From contig JALAGF010002099.1 of assembly GCA_030167865.1 (NCBI GenBank), forward strand, positions 1-32,339: a stretch of DNA of 32,339 nucleotides, written 5' to 3'. A program made the position numbers and the translations under genes. Below, piece by piece: positions 22,107 through 32,339 of this stretch. Below the pieces are notes generated by a model. That model was not told where the DNA came from. It did not search any database and saw only the letters and a list, made by a program, of their open reading frames with translations. The number at the start of each line of letters is the position of its first letter. Position 1 is the stretch's first letter. The stretch is from Craspedostauros australis (Eukaryota).

Positions 22107-25100
22107 GCTGGCTTTGGCTTGGTCTCTGTCTGGTTGAGTGCGGAGGAGTGTTGGCGTGTTGTAAGTGCTGGGCGTGAGACTGTGGGTGTGTGGAAAGTGC
22201 TGGGCGTGTGTCTGTTAGTGCATGTATTTTGTGGCTCAGGCTGGAATTTATGGAAATGATGGAAATGATGGAGAGCGAGGCAGTCAACACCTTGATTCAA
22301 TTGTGTCTGCTTGGCTGTCTTTGCGCACATCAGAACAGCGCAACACCACACCACAACACACAGCATGGCACAGCACGGCATTACTCGTAGCTCACGTCGT
22401 GGAACACAACAAAAGCGTGATCGAAAAGCACAGGAACAGCAACAGCTCGGAAGGATCCATGCGATGTCGCCGGACCTGTATTCTTACGAGTAGTAGATCG
22501 TACCGAGCCAGTGCGCGTGAGCGCCAAACTGCCTTTCGCCTCAAAGTGGTGTTTGTCCAGTTTGTCCAACCCAGGGTGGATGGGTGATGGAATGACTGAC
22601 TGTTGTACCTCTCTGCCTGTCTTTCTCTAACTTTCTCTGCGGTTGTTGTCCCTTCTGTGTCGCTCGGTGTTCGTCCCACGACAGGCATTCTGGTGGGCGC
22701 TTTGTGCCTCGCGGATTGGGATGTTTGGGGGGTACCCTTTCGTGAACTGCGTGGGCACTGTGCGTAGTCGGCACCAACGCACGGACACCATCACCCCATT
22801 GACAGTGACCAGTACGACAGGGTCTCCCAAGAGAGCGGCGAGCACCAAAGGCATCTGCACTCTGCCAACACAATACACGGACTCTTCTCGTAGCTGGTAC
22901 GCAGAAAGTGCTCCGCAAAGACACAAATGGCGAGGGGGAGATTCTCACTCGCACTCACGTCCGCAAGTTAGGAGAGCATAGCCACACCAACGCGCTGGCA
23001 TAAAATAGGCCGATCCAGCAACGAAAGCAGAAACCACGATCGGGCGTCCGGAGCGCGACACCGAGAGGGTCAGCCGAGCAATGTCAAAGACATCGGGCAA
23101 GGCGAGGACGCGGATTACTTGGTCTGGCGTCTCACGAGTATGGCAGGTACGGCACGAGCTACACAGGCATGGTCTTGTGACATTCGGTTGGCATTGCTTC
23201 GCGGGATGGAAAGGCTGGTTGGACCCATCCATTTATGCGTCCGTTACTGCGACACGATCAACCACATATGTGTCTGATGGGCAAGAGACAAAGGCCTCAT
23301 CACACCAAGGACACCAAGGGTCACAAGTTGCGAACGTTCCCAAGAAATCATCAAACAACCAAGGCGTCCATGACGTCGCGACGCCATGACGCGAATTTGC
23401 GATAATTCGCAACAACAGAAGTATCACAGAAACGTCAATCGAGACGACCGCTGGACATATTGGGGGGCCCTCGAGGAAGCAACAAAGTCGCACACATGCT
23501 TCGTGAAGAACATTCCGGCTCCCACGACAACCGAAACTGAGCCCACACCTTTTCTTTGATGCTTCCTGTTTTCGGTAGCAATAGTGTAATAGTTGATATT
23601 ATTTCGTAACAGAGCTGAGGGTGGAGGTGGTTGCAGAAGAAGTGGGCGTGGTGGAGGGCATGTGCACGTGTACGAGTAGGCATGGCGCCACACGAGTGCG
23701 AGTTACGAGTAGAACAACTCACACATCCTCTCACTCACTCGATCGTATGGTACGCGTTCGTCACCCACACATTCCCCACCAGGCGAATCGAAGCATCTGT
23801 GATGATGCACCAATGTCCACCATACTCCACCATGGTTGCGGATAGCGACAGTGACAAATGGCGTGTAAATGATCATGACCTTCTTGCGGGTGTGCAGGGA
23901 AGCCAATCTATTCTATTTTTGTCCAGCACACACGCACAAATCATCATGTTCTTCAGGGCAAGCATCTTCGTGCCAACAGTTCGCCTGTTCGGGACACAAG
24001 AAGCCGCAAGGACACGGCCTGCACGCGAGTGAAAGGATTGTTTGGGATGGTACAAGATGTCGTATCTATTCCTTGGCGGCCTGCAAGTCTTTTGCGACAG
24101 CCTCCATCCAGGACACATTGCATTCCCGGTTTATGATCGTTTGGACAAAACGCGTGGAGTGCACGCAGTGCATTCGATTCTCCGACCCTCTATGACGATT
24201 GACACAACTCGACGAGCGTATTGACGTCTTGCCCTGGATGTGCTTGATACAATCGATGCGGTTTTGGAGAGGCCTCTTTGCGATGCTCTCTGCGGAACGG
24301 TTACTCCGTCGCTTCTCTGTACTCCATCACATCACCAAGGGTGTCACAGGAGTGGGGGCAAGACATCACGACCACAGCACTTCTTGCATGTGCAGACTTC
24401 TGGTACCTCGGCTTCACTCTAGTGCTCATACATGTGCTCGTATCTCTCTTGATCCACTCACTTTGGGGTACATGTTCGCCAATCGCGACAAATGTATAGC
24501 GGCTGGAATGACGCGGCCAACGATTAATCTCACGAATGCATCCATCACCTGTACTATACTATGGGACACCGCCTGCTAGTCGACAAGTGCTTGTGCGCAA
24601 GCAATAGTGCAGGAGGAGGAGGAGCGTAGCAGAACATAGTACGAGTACGAGCAGAGAGCAAATGATGCCCGCAAGAGCCGCTGATGAGGTGGGTGCTAGG
24701 CTCTTGGTGCTTGTGCGAGCGACGGTCCGAGTACTTTGGCGTCCGTGTCCCCAAGGCGACGAAAGATGATCTGTCGGGGCTTTTGGATACCCACTAAAGT
24801 TGCGTTTTTACGGACGTACTGGCGTGAGAGAGAAGGCATGGTCGTAGCTCGTACGTATGGTACAACCTGGGCATGGGTACGAGTATGGAAAGCCTCGGAG
24901 AGTTGATCATGGGATTGGGCAGCGATCCGCTGTGCGCATGATCGTGATCCAACCGATATGTCTCACTTGTGACACGCTCAAATTGATGGAGTGTCTCTTA
25001 CAGGTGAGAGGCACTGGCAACAATCAAATCTGTCGGCCATTGGCAGAGCCGAAAACTCCCGTGTCTGTTCTCGAGTGTCACGAGAAACTTGCGCATTTCT

Positions 25101-27787
25101 CCTTCGCCAGTCGGCAAGAGCACAGCACAGTATCAGTTGGCTTTCGATGCTGGTGCGGGTAGACAAGAGCTACAATGGGCAAGGATCCGCGCAGACCCGA
25201 AACGCACCATCCGCTTTGCTGGGTTAGATGCATGAGTGGAAAGACGGCATCGTTGCTGATTGATATCGAGCCTAAAACGGCACATCGCGCATCGCTTTTG
25301 TTGGGGCGATGTGTGCGTTATTGATATGCCGCTTTCCCGTGCCAACGGAGAAACGATAATGGCGCCAGCACCCAACATCGGCCTGGAGAAGTGGCAATGG
25401 GGGTGGAAGTAGAATTGGACACAGCAGCAGGTGCCATACGGCTACTACGTGTAGCTCGTAGTACATCTTTCCGTGATCGTCTACGACCATATCTGTCTGT
25501 GCAGCTTCATCAGGTGCCTGGCCCACGAGCGTGTGTATTTGTACTCGCATCGTCGCGGTATTCGTGGAGCGATCTGTATGGCATTGATCATGCTTGGTCT
25601 CTGTTTGTGGAGAGAAATGTTTGCTCTCGGAGGAGGGATCAAGATCACGAGCAAGGAGGCCTTCGGATGGATCTGCGCACGAAGCATAGACAGCATTCTG
25701 GTCCTGGACGTTTTCAGCCGCCGTTTTCGTGGCCGGCCATTTTGCTATGGTTTGGGCTATCTCCAAGCGCGCTTTTAAAGAGTTTGTTGTGTTTGCTTGC
25801 TTGTTTGTCTGTTTGTTGATTTCCATGTCCAACTCTGGTCGTCTTTGCGTGTGTATTCTTGGTATCGTCTCTGCCCTCTACATGGTTGCTGATTGATGAC
25901 TCTTCTGGTGGCTCGTGTGATTCGAGTTGGCACTGTGACCACGATTGCACGGTAGCGGCGCCCGTGCTGGTGGGAGCGTTCATGTTCACGTTAACGTTCA
26001 CGACCAATCCATGTGTTCACAGGCCACCACGATACCAACAAACTCCATTCCCCATTTTACATTTTGTGAGATGCTTGACGTTTGATGTGTCATGAATTGA
26101 CATTCTTGCTGAACTGTATTGGTGACGTACGCGTGCTTTCCAATTCTACTTTGACATTCACAATGGCTACATCCACCTCATCAAATCCCCATTGTTGTAG
26201 CACATCATACCTGTTAAAGACGCCGACACGTACGTAAACTGTGCCTCAATCCTCCACAATGAACAGCGCAAATGCAAATGAGCGGGAATGTGCCTTTCGC
26301 AGAAACAGAAAGTCTCCAACCCCAGGACACAACATGCAAGACACAACACGCACACGTCTTCGGCAGCCAAGCCAAGTGAAGGTACGTGGTTGTCGATCTG
26401 ACACAATTCTCCATTCCAACCCATGGACTTGTGTGCGCACCGACGCGTGCGCACGCGAAGACAACGAACAGCTCGTCGGTAGACAAGCCCCCTGGTTATG
26501 GTGCGTGTCCATACCTACATCTCCCAACATTCATGGGTGCCCTCCGATCGTTGCCGCCACCGCCTTTCTGCGTTGCCGCGATCGCGATATGAGGCACTCA
26601 CTTCAAGACTACTTGCACTATCCGAATGCGTCCTACTGGCTAGAGACATCATGGTTGTACTCTGGCATCACACGAAGTGCCTTCGGTTGCGTTCCGTGAA
26701 CTCTCGTCCACCATTCTGCCCATTCGGATGTTGCATGTGAAGCTGTCAGAAGAACGATTAGCCATGGACAATTTGTTCGACCATGCGCTTAGCCAACGTC
26801 ACCATAGATCTTTGGTTCGGCTGCGCCTTGTGTGGGCACATGGAGTAATCATGAATGTGACGTACCCACAAGACGGTTTATGGCGACGGGGTCTTGCGAG
26901 AGGCATCGCCATCTCGTCATCGCCATGCGGATCCTTGCGCCGCTCTGCCTTCCATTACCTCCATAACACTTTGGGGCATGCTTGTGAGTTGCGTTACAAC
27001 GCAGCCGCGATGGCGTTGGTGACACCAACAGTCACAAGAGAGCATTCCTTTCTCTGCTCCACCACTGTCGTCCCGTTGTTGTGTCCACGAACAAAACACA
27101 ATGTGCGAGGTATCGCGACGACGACAAACGCGAAGCACATGCGAACTGACGAGCGCGAAGCGGCGGACTTGATGCACAGGCTAATACTTCCGATATCACG
27201 CCCGACAGATTTCCGCGATAAATAACCTGGTCGTCGACACGAACGACTGAACATGGTTTATCATGGTGTTCTGTCCTTGTCATGTGAAGTGTCGGCATGG
27301 CAGAACATGGGACATTTCAAGTAAGGTCAATCGAGTCTGCCGTGCCAAACCGCCGACGCTAACGCCAACGCCAACGACAACCATCCAGACAGCACGTGAA
27401 GGAAACACCAATGGGCGTTTCCGGAAGAAGTGAATCTGTGTTGTTCGTACTCCCAGAGTTGCGTCAAAACCACGCAATACTCTGAACTGGACAGCAACAG
27501 CGGCAACAACACACGAGCAGAGCACAAACCAAGTTTGGCAAACAAACCAGGCTCGCGATCAGCTCGGCTTCCAACAACTCAGCACCATAGAAGAGCGTAA
27601 CATAGATCGTATCGATGCTCTACAATACCACACCATACTATTATATTATAATCTGCACCGCAACATCGGCGAAGCATTGAAGCATCAAAGCCATAGAGGA
27701 ACGAAAACGAGAAGAGGGACAGAGTGCCAATTTCGGCAACGATCGTGGAATTGATTCGCTTGATCAGTCCCCCGATTGTTCACAAGA

Positions 27788-27830
27788 AGAGAGAGAGAGA
27801 GAGAGAGAAGAGAGGCGCTGTGTGTGTGTG
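27788..27830. repeat. (GA)n followed by (TG)n microsatellites
   Basis: Seen directly. Confidence 0.85.
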
Positions 27831-28384
27831 AAGATCTCCAGTTGTGGTCGTCTCATACATACTGTACTTGTGCTCATGCGAGTGGAGTAGAACAGCCTCG
27901 AATGCAATACGACCATTACGGACGTATCTCTGAGAGACATCCCCGGCTCCATCGCGTGAAGAGAAACAGGCAGAGAACAAGGCATCATCTTCGAAGTTCG
28001 CTTGTCAGACCCACTCAATACCGATCTCTGATCATTGTTGCCTGCGAAGTCAATCACCAAGTCGATCACCAAGTCGCACACATTGCTGAGACGTATTCTA
28101 CGTTACATCCACTTGCGCCAAACCAGTGGAGGAACATTGTTTCAGCAAGACGTTCTTTGGAGAGATCACGCAACGCAAAGCAACACAAAGCAGACGGGAG
28201 TGGAACCAGAGAAGACACGGGTTCCTGAGCCTTGAACCTTGAGACAACGGCAGCCCGCAGCTTGCATCTTGCATCTTGGACGAGCAAACAAGTTGCCCGA
28301 CATCCAGCAGACTGAGAATCCTCGCAACCATTATATTATACACATCATACTGCATTATACACAGATCATCCATCCAACATCACG

Positions 28385-30397
28385 ATGCCGCCGCTGTCTG
28401 CTGCTTCTGTGCGCCATCCCATGACATCCAACTCCGCCTCCTTGGTGCCTTACGACTCATCGGCACCATCAATACCATCAGCATCGTCGACTCTGTCCGC
28501 CTCTGGATCCCAGCACGGCAACGAGAGCAACCACAGCCGCAGCAACAGCAACCGCAGCACCACCACCGCCAACATCGAGTCCAGCGCGGATGCTGCCAGC
28601 GTCAAGTCCAAGCAGAGACCCACATTCAAACCACCCAAACGCACGCGATCGCATCAGCAGCCGCGAGCACCATCGCAGCAGAAACGGGGACAGAGACGTC
28701 CGCGATCCATCCTCAAGACGGAGAAGCGCAAACCCCGCACCAATGACCGCATCACCATCAACGTCTCCGCCTCCACCGTGCGCAGGATCCCCAGCTGGCG
28801 CGAGATGAGCTCCAGCGTCATCCGCTCCGTCTGGTACTTCGACGACGACTACGATGACATGATGTACGACAACGACCGCGTCCTGCAGCGCATGATGGAC
28901 GGAGAACGATTCCGTCCCGACGACAATCGCGTCTGCGGCCGCGGCCTCGAGAATCAGCTGCCGGAGCGCAATGAGAAACGTCAGCAGCACAAGCGATCCG
29001 TCGTGCGCATCGTGCTGCTGGAACAGACGAAGCAGCTCAAGATCAAGCAACGCAAGAATCGCAGGGGCAGCTCGGGCAGCAGCAACACCGCGTCATCGAC
29101 ATTCAACAAGGTCGACGACGCCGTCATCATGGCCATCGGTGCGGCGGCCGGCAAGGCGACGAAACGCGCACGCGAACATGCCCAGGCCATGGGAGCGCAG
29201 GATGCCGACATTGTGCAAGGCATGTGGGGCAAACACAAAGCCACGCCCAAGAAATCCAAGGTGCGATCCTTCTTGCGCAGTGTGCCGGGGCGCACGGTTT
29301 CGGCCATGGCAAGGTCCAAGAAGACGGTCGCCGCGCAAGAGGCTGCCGCGTTGGCCATCATGGGGCGTGTGGCCAAGGACATCAATCGCAAGCCGCCGGC
29401 GCGGTCCGCTTCGGAATCGACACCAACCAGATCGCCGGGTCCGTTGCGACGCCGACTCAAACTGAGACAGCAGACCAAAAAGAAGGAGGTGCGGTTCGCA
29501 CAGCGCGTCGCGGCACGCAAGGTCACGCATCTCAATGACATGCCCGCGCCGCTGCAGGCCGCCGTGTGGTACCAGCAGGACGAGCTCAAACGCATGAAGG
29601 CCGATCGCAAACGGTCGCTGCAGTATCCCGTCGATGATATTGCCAACGATATTTGTTTGCGTGGCACGGAGTGCGTGCAAGAGAAGGATCAGCGTCGAGC
29701 GCACAAGGTGCAGGTGCGCAAGGCCGTGCTGAAGGAACAGTCGCGGCATCGCAAGGCGTCGCCGACATCGTCCAATGATAGTGCGAAGCACAAACCCAGC
29801 AGGAAGGAAGTGGAGGAGCGTTGGGAACGCATTCGCGAGGCATCCGTGGCTGTGACACAGAAGCATCTGCTGGAGGCCATGGCCATGGGCAAGGCGGATG
29901 AACGCGCGGCGCATGACATTCGCAGCGAATTCAATCCGCGCACCTCGTTGCGGTCGTTAGGGCGGTCGTCCTTGCGGTCCAGCCGCAGATTGTTGGATGG
30001 ATTGAAGGAATTGGATGAAGCTGACGCTGACGAAAGTGACCAGGACGCGAAGAAAGCGCCCGATGCCGGCGACAACGCGAGTGTCGATGACAATGCCAGT
30101 ACCCGCAGTAGCACCAGTAGCCGGAGGCAATCCGAGACGAAGCTAAAATCGAAACCTGCCTCCGAAACCACGACATCGGAATCCAACGGCAAGCCGAAAT
30201 CCACGAAAGCGCCAGCCTCGCACAAGAAGAAAACGAAGCGCATTCGCAAGGATTCCGCAGCCAGCGTGGAGTCCTCGGACTCTATCAAGAAGCAGGGACG
30301 CGTACGGGCTCCACCACGTCGCACGGCGTCATCGTCGTCGTCCGCATCGTCACGAAGGAAGGCATTGTTGCCGACGACGTCGTCATCGTCATCATAG
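28385..30397 (+). CDS. Hypothetical basic protein with a SILK motif and two RVxF-WY-RGLE-VLxEQ domains (family member C)
   Basis: 670-aa ORF. RSILK at 28703..28717. Copy 1 runs to ~29215: RITI...VWYFDDDYDDM...CGRGLEN...VLLEQTKQ...MGAQD. Copy 2 at ~29480..29911: KEVRF...VWYQQDELKRM...CLRGTE...VLKEQSRH...MGKAD. Confidence 0.88.
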   Translation: MPPLSAASVRHPMTSNSASLVPYDSSAPSIPSASSTLSASGSQHGNESNHSRSNSNRSTTTANIESSADAASVKSKQRPTFKPPKRTRSHQQPRAPSQQKRGQRRPRSILKTEKRKPRTNDRITINVSASTVRRIPSWREMSSSVIRSVWYFDDDYDDMMYDNDRVLQRMMDGERFRPDDNRVCGRGLENQLPERNEKRQQHKRSVVRIVLLEQTKQLKIKQRKNRRGSSGSSNTASSTFNKVDDAVIMAIGAAAGKATKRAREHAQAMGAQDADIVQGMWGKHKATPKKSKVRSFLRSVPGRTVSAMARSKKTVAAQEAAALAIMGRVAKDINRKPPARSASESTPTRSPGPLRRRLKLRQQTKKKEVRFAQRVAARKVTHLNDMPAPLQAAVWYQQDELKRMKADRKRSLQYPVDDIANDICLRGTECVQEKDQRRAHKVQVRKAVLKEQSRHRKASPTSSNDSAKHKPSRKEVEERWERIREASVAVTQKHLLEAMAMGKADERAAHDIRSEFNPRTSLRSLGRSSLRSSRRLLDGLKELDEADADESDQDAKKAPDAGDNASVDDNASTRSSTSSRRQSETKLKSKPASETTTSESNGKPKSTKAPASHKKKTKRIRKDSAASVESSDSIKKQGRVRAPPRRTASSSSSASSRRKALLPTTSSSSS

Positions 30398-30826
30398 AGC
30401 AAAGTAAAGCGACTGCCATAGAATCTATGAGTATTCGCCCGAACTTGGTGCTGCTCGACTTATCACTGCAGAGTGTAGAGCTCCAACCTGACGCAACGGG
30501 TACAAGCAGTGCAACAATTCCATTTGGCACGATGCTGGTACAAGGAGACAAGGACAGTTGGTTGGCAGGGCACCCAAAGGTTGTGAACAGCATTGCAGCA
30601 CGGAGTTGGCATGCCATGAGAAGAGTCGCGCCGTTTGTTGGCACGATTGCTGTCAGGAGAACATTGCAACAGGCACACCCCGCTCTACTGAGAGAGAGCA
30701 TTGGACTATTCGACGACATCATACTATACGTACTGTGATACTCTTCCTAGAGTGTTACATATCATACTACTATACTCTATGGTTTTATACAATGGTACAC
30801 ATCCGCCGCGAATGCCACAACGCCCA

Positions 30827-31558
30827 TCACCTGCCCCACATGCGATGCACGTTGCGTTCATGTGCCAGCGCCATCTGCCGTGCCCGCCTCCTCGATGGCG
30901 TCGTCATTTGATGGTACAAGGCTGCCGATGGCGGCACCGTCATGGTGGTTGCGGCCTTGAGGCTGCGCTTCAGCAGCTTCCTCTGCTTGGCAAATGGGTG
31001 GAACATGTTCTCGAGTCCGTAGATGTCCATGCACAGTCGGCGCTGTCGTGTGACTTGCACCACCGTTTGGATGGCATCCTGTCGCATGGCCTGCAGTTCG
31101 TCCACGCTGTACCACGAGGCTCTTTTGGTCTCGTCATCGCTGTCGCTGTCGGTTGCGGTGTTGTTCGTATCATGGCTGTTGTTGCTGCTCTCGTCTGCCG
31201 AGTCGCCGTTGCAATCGCTGTCGCCGATGCCGTGGACGATGACGCACGAGGCGAAGGACACCGAACGCCGTTCCAAACGTCTTTTCTTCTTCTTCGATTG
31301 CTGGAATGCCTCGGCAGGAGGTTCGCCGTTGTCGTTGATCAGGATGATGGAGGCCATGCTGTTTGATGTTGTCGCTGTTGCTATTGTGCCAGCACCTCCT
31401 TTCGATGCAGGGAGATGCGGACTTCGCGTCACTGGCGTGCTGCTGTCGTCAGCAGCACTTTGTTCTGTGTTGGGAGGCATTGGGATCGTGTCTGTGCTGC
31501 CGACTTCGGGTTCATCGTCGTCGGTGAGGTCGATAAGGACGGATGGTTGGGATCGCAT
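30827..31558 (-). CDS. Hypothetical protein with a divergent RVxF-WY-GLE domain, SIM-like motif and basic NLS-like run (family member D)
   Basis: Lies within ORF 30827..31702; the likely ATG is at 31558 (MRSQPSVLIDLTDDDE). Motifs KKKKRR, RSVSF, SWYSVDELQAM, YGLEN and ARQMALAHE. Confidence 0.75.
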   Translation of the reverse strand: MRSQPSVLIDLTDDDEPEVGSTDTIPMPPNTEQSAADDSSTPVTRSPHLPASKGGAGTIATATTSNSMASIILINDNGEPPAEAFQQSKKKKRRLERRSVSFASCVIVHGIGDSDCNGDSADESSNNSHDTNNTATDSDSDDETKRASWYSVDELQAMRQDAIQTVVQVTRQRRLCMDIYGLENMFHPFAKQRKLLKRSLKAATTMTVPPSAALYHQMTTPSRRRARQMALAHERNVHRMWGR

Positions 31559-32339
31559 GGTGGAGTGGAACGGTGCTGTGTCGGTCTCTTCTCTCTTGTA
31601 TTGCTCTGGTGACTGCTCTTGTATGTATTCTATTGTACAATACTGCACTTGCCAATGTTGCTTTGTCGATGCCTTGCTCTTGTGCTCAATGAGGTTGTGC
31701 ACTTTGTTGTTGCCTTTCTAAGTCTCTCTGTCTCTCTTTTTGTGTTGTTTCAATTGTGACTCTCGCTGTCTTTGCTGTTGTGGCGATTGGAGCGAATCGG
31801 AAACCGGGAACTTCGGTGCGTTCCGTGTTGGTTGGAGGTGACGGAAGCGCCGTTGCGGTTGCAGGCCGAGCCAATCAGCGGCTTCGCGTACAGATGGTGC
31901 GACATGTGGTTTCGTCATTGCCGAGGCTGGCAGAAGACGAAAACGGAAACAGTGGGACTGCCAGTCTAGTCTTGTGATATTAGAATATGTGCAACTCCGA
32001 AACACGATCGATCCGGAATTGTGGAATGGCAGTACTGAATGTACCTGCAGGTGCTCGTGCGATCTATTATCCCTTTACGACCGGAGCTTAACGCCCATAT
32101 TATGGGCGATATAATGACACTAGTTGTTTTTTGAACGAATTTTCCCTACCAGGGCCTACGTGAAAACTAAGTATGTACCCCTCACAACTAGTGTTATCGT
32201 GAGAAACTACTGATTTTTTGTTTGTGTCTGTTTCACTTCTTTCCATGGTATATACCCCAATGATCCCTACAGATATAGACTCGGCAGAAGCTACACATCC
32301 TGGTAACCCGTTTAGGTTTGGTTCCCTCCTTGCCAGAAA

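Noticed and set aside
25272-26007. Minus-strand ORFs of 186 and 97 aa in the long intergenic region
   Set aside because: No motifs, and they include simple-repeat-derived sequence; cannot be supported as genes, though not excluded.
32305-32322. Telomere-like words (taaccc, tttagg) near the right end
   Set aside because: Not tandemly repeated.
1-32339. CRISPR arrays, operons, tRNA/rRNA genes, transposase or reverse transcriptase ORFs
   Set aside because: No repeat-spacer structure or diagnostic motifs seen; the window is intron-containing eukaryotic DNA.

Overview
Eukaryotic nuclear DNA, very likely from a diatom, judging by GT-AG introns, signal peptide + 'AF' bipartite plastid presequences and gene content. 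Ten genes are supported: a Nup50/Nup2-like nucleoporin, a two-exon GT34-like glycosyltransferase, a two-exon ~1572-aa type II membrane protein with six Cys-patterned extracellular repeats, a plastid CPFC glutaredoxin, a two-exon AMT1-type ammonium transporter, an unknown plastid membrane protein, and four paralogous hypothetical genes. The most notable signal is in those four genes, which carry six copies of one ~135-aa domain: [RK]xVxF, then hydrophobic residues, W[YF]xxx[DE][YL]xxM, RG[LIVT]E, VLxEQ and [AG]xxx[GA]xxD. Each copy begins with a protein phosphatase 1 (PP1) RVxF-type docking site or a variant of it, and one is preceded by a SILK motif. I infer a clustered family of candidate PP1 regulatory subunits; this is untested. 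No prokaryotic features, CRISPR arrays or RNA genes are recognisable.
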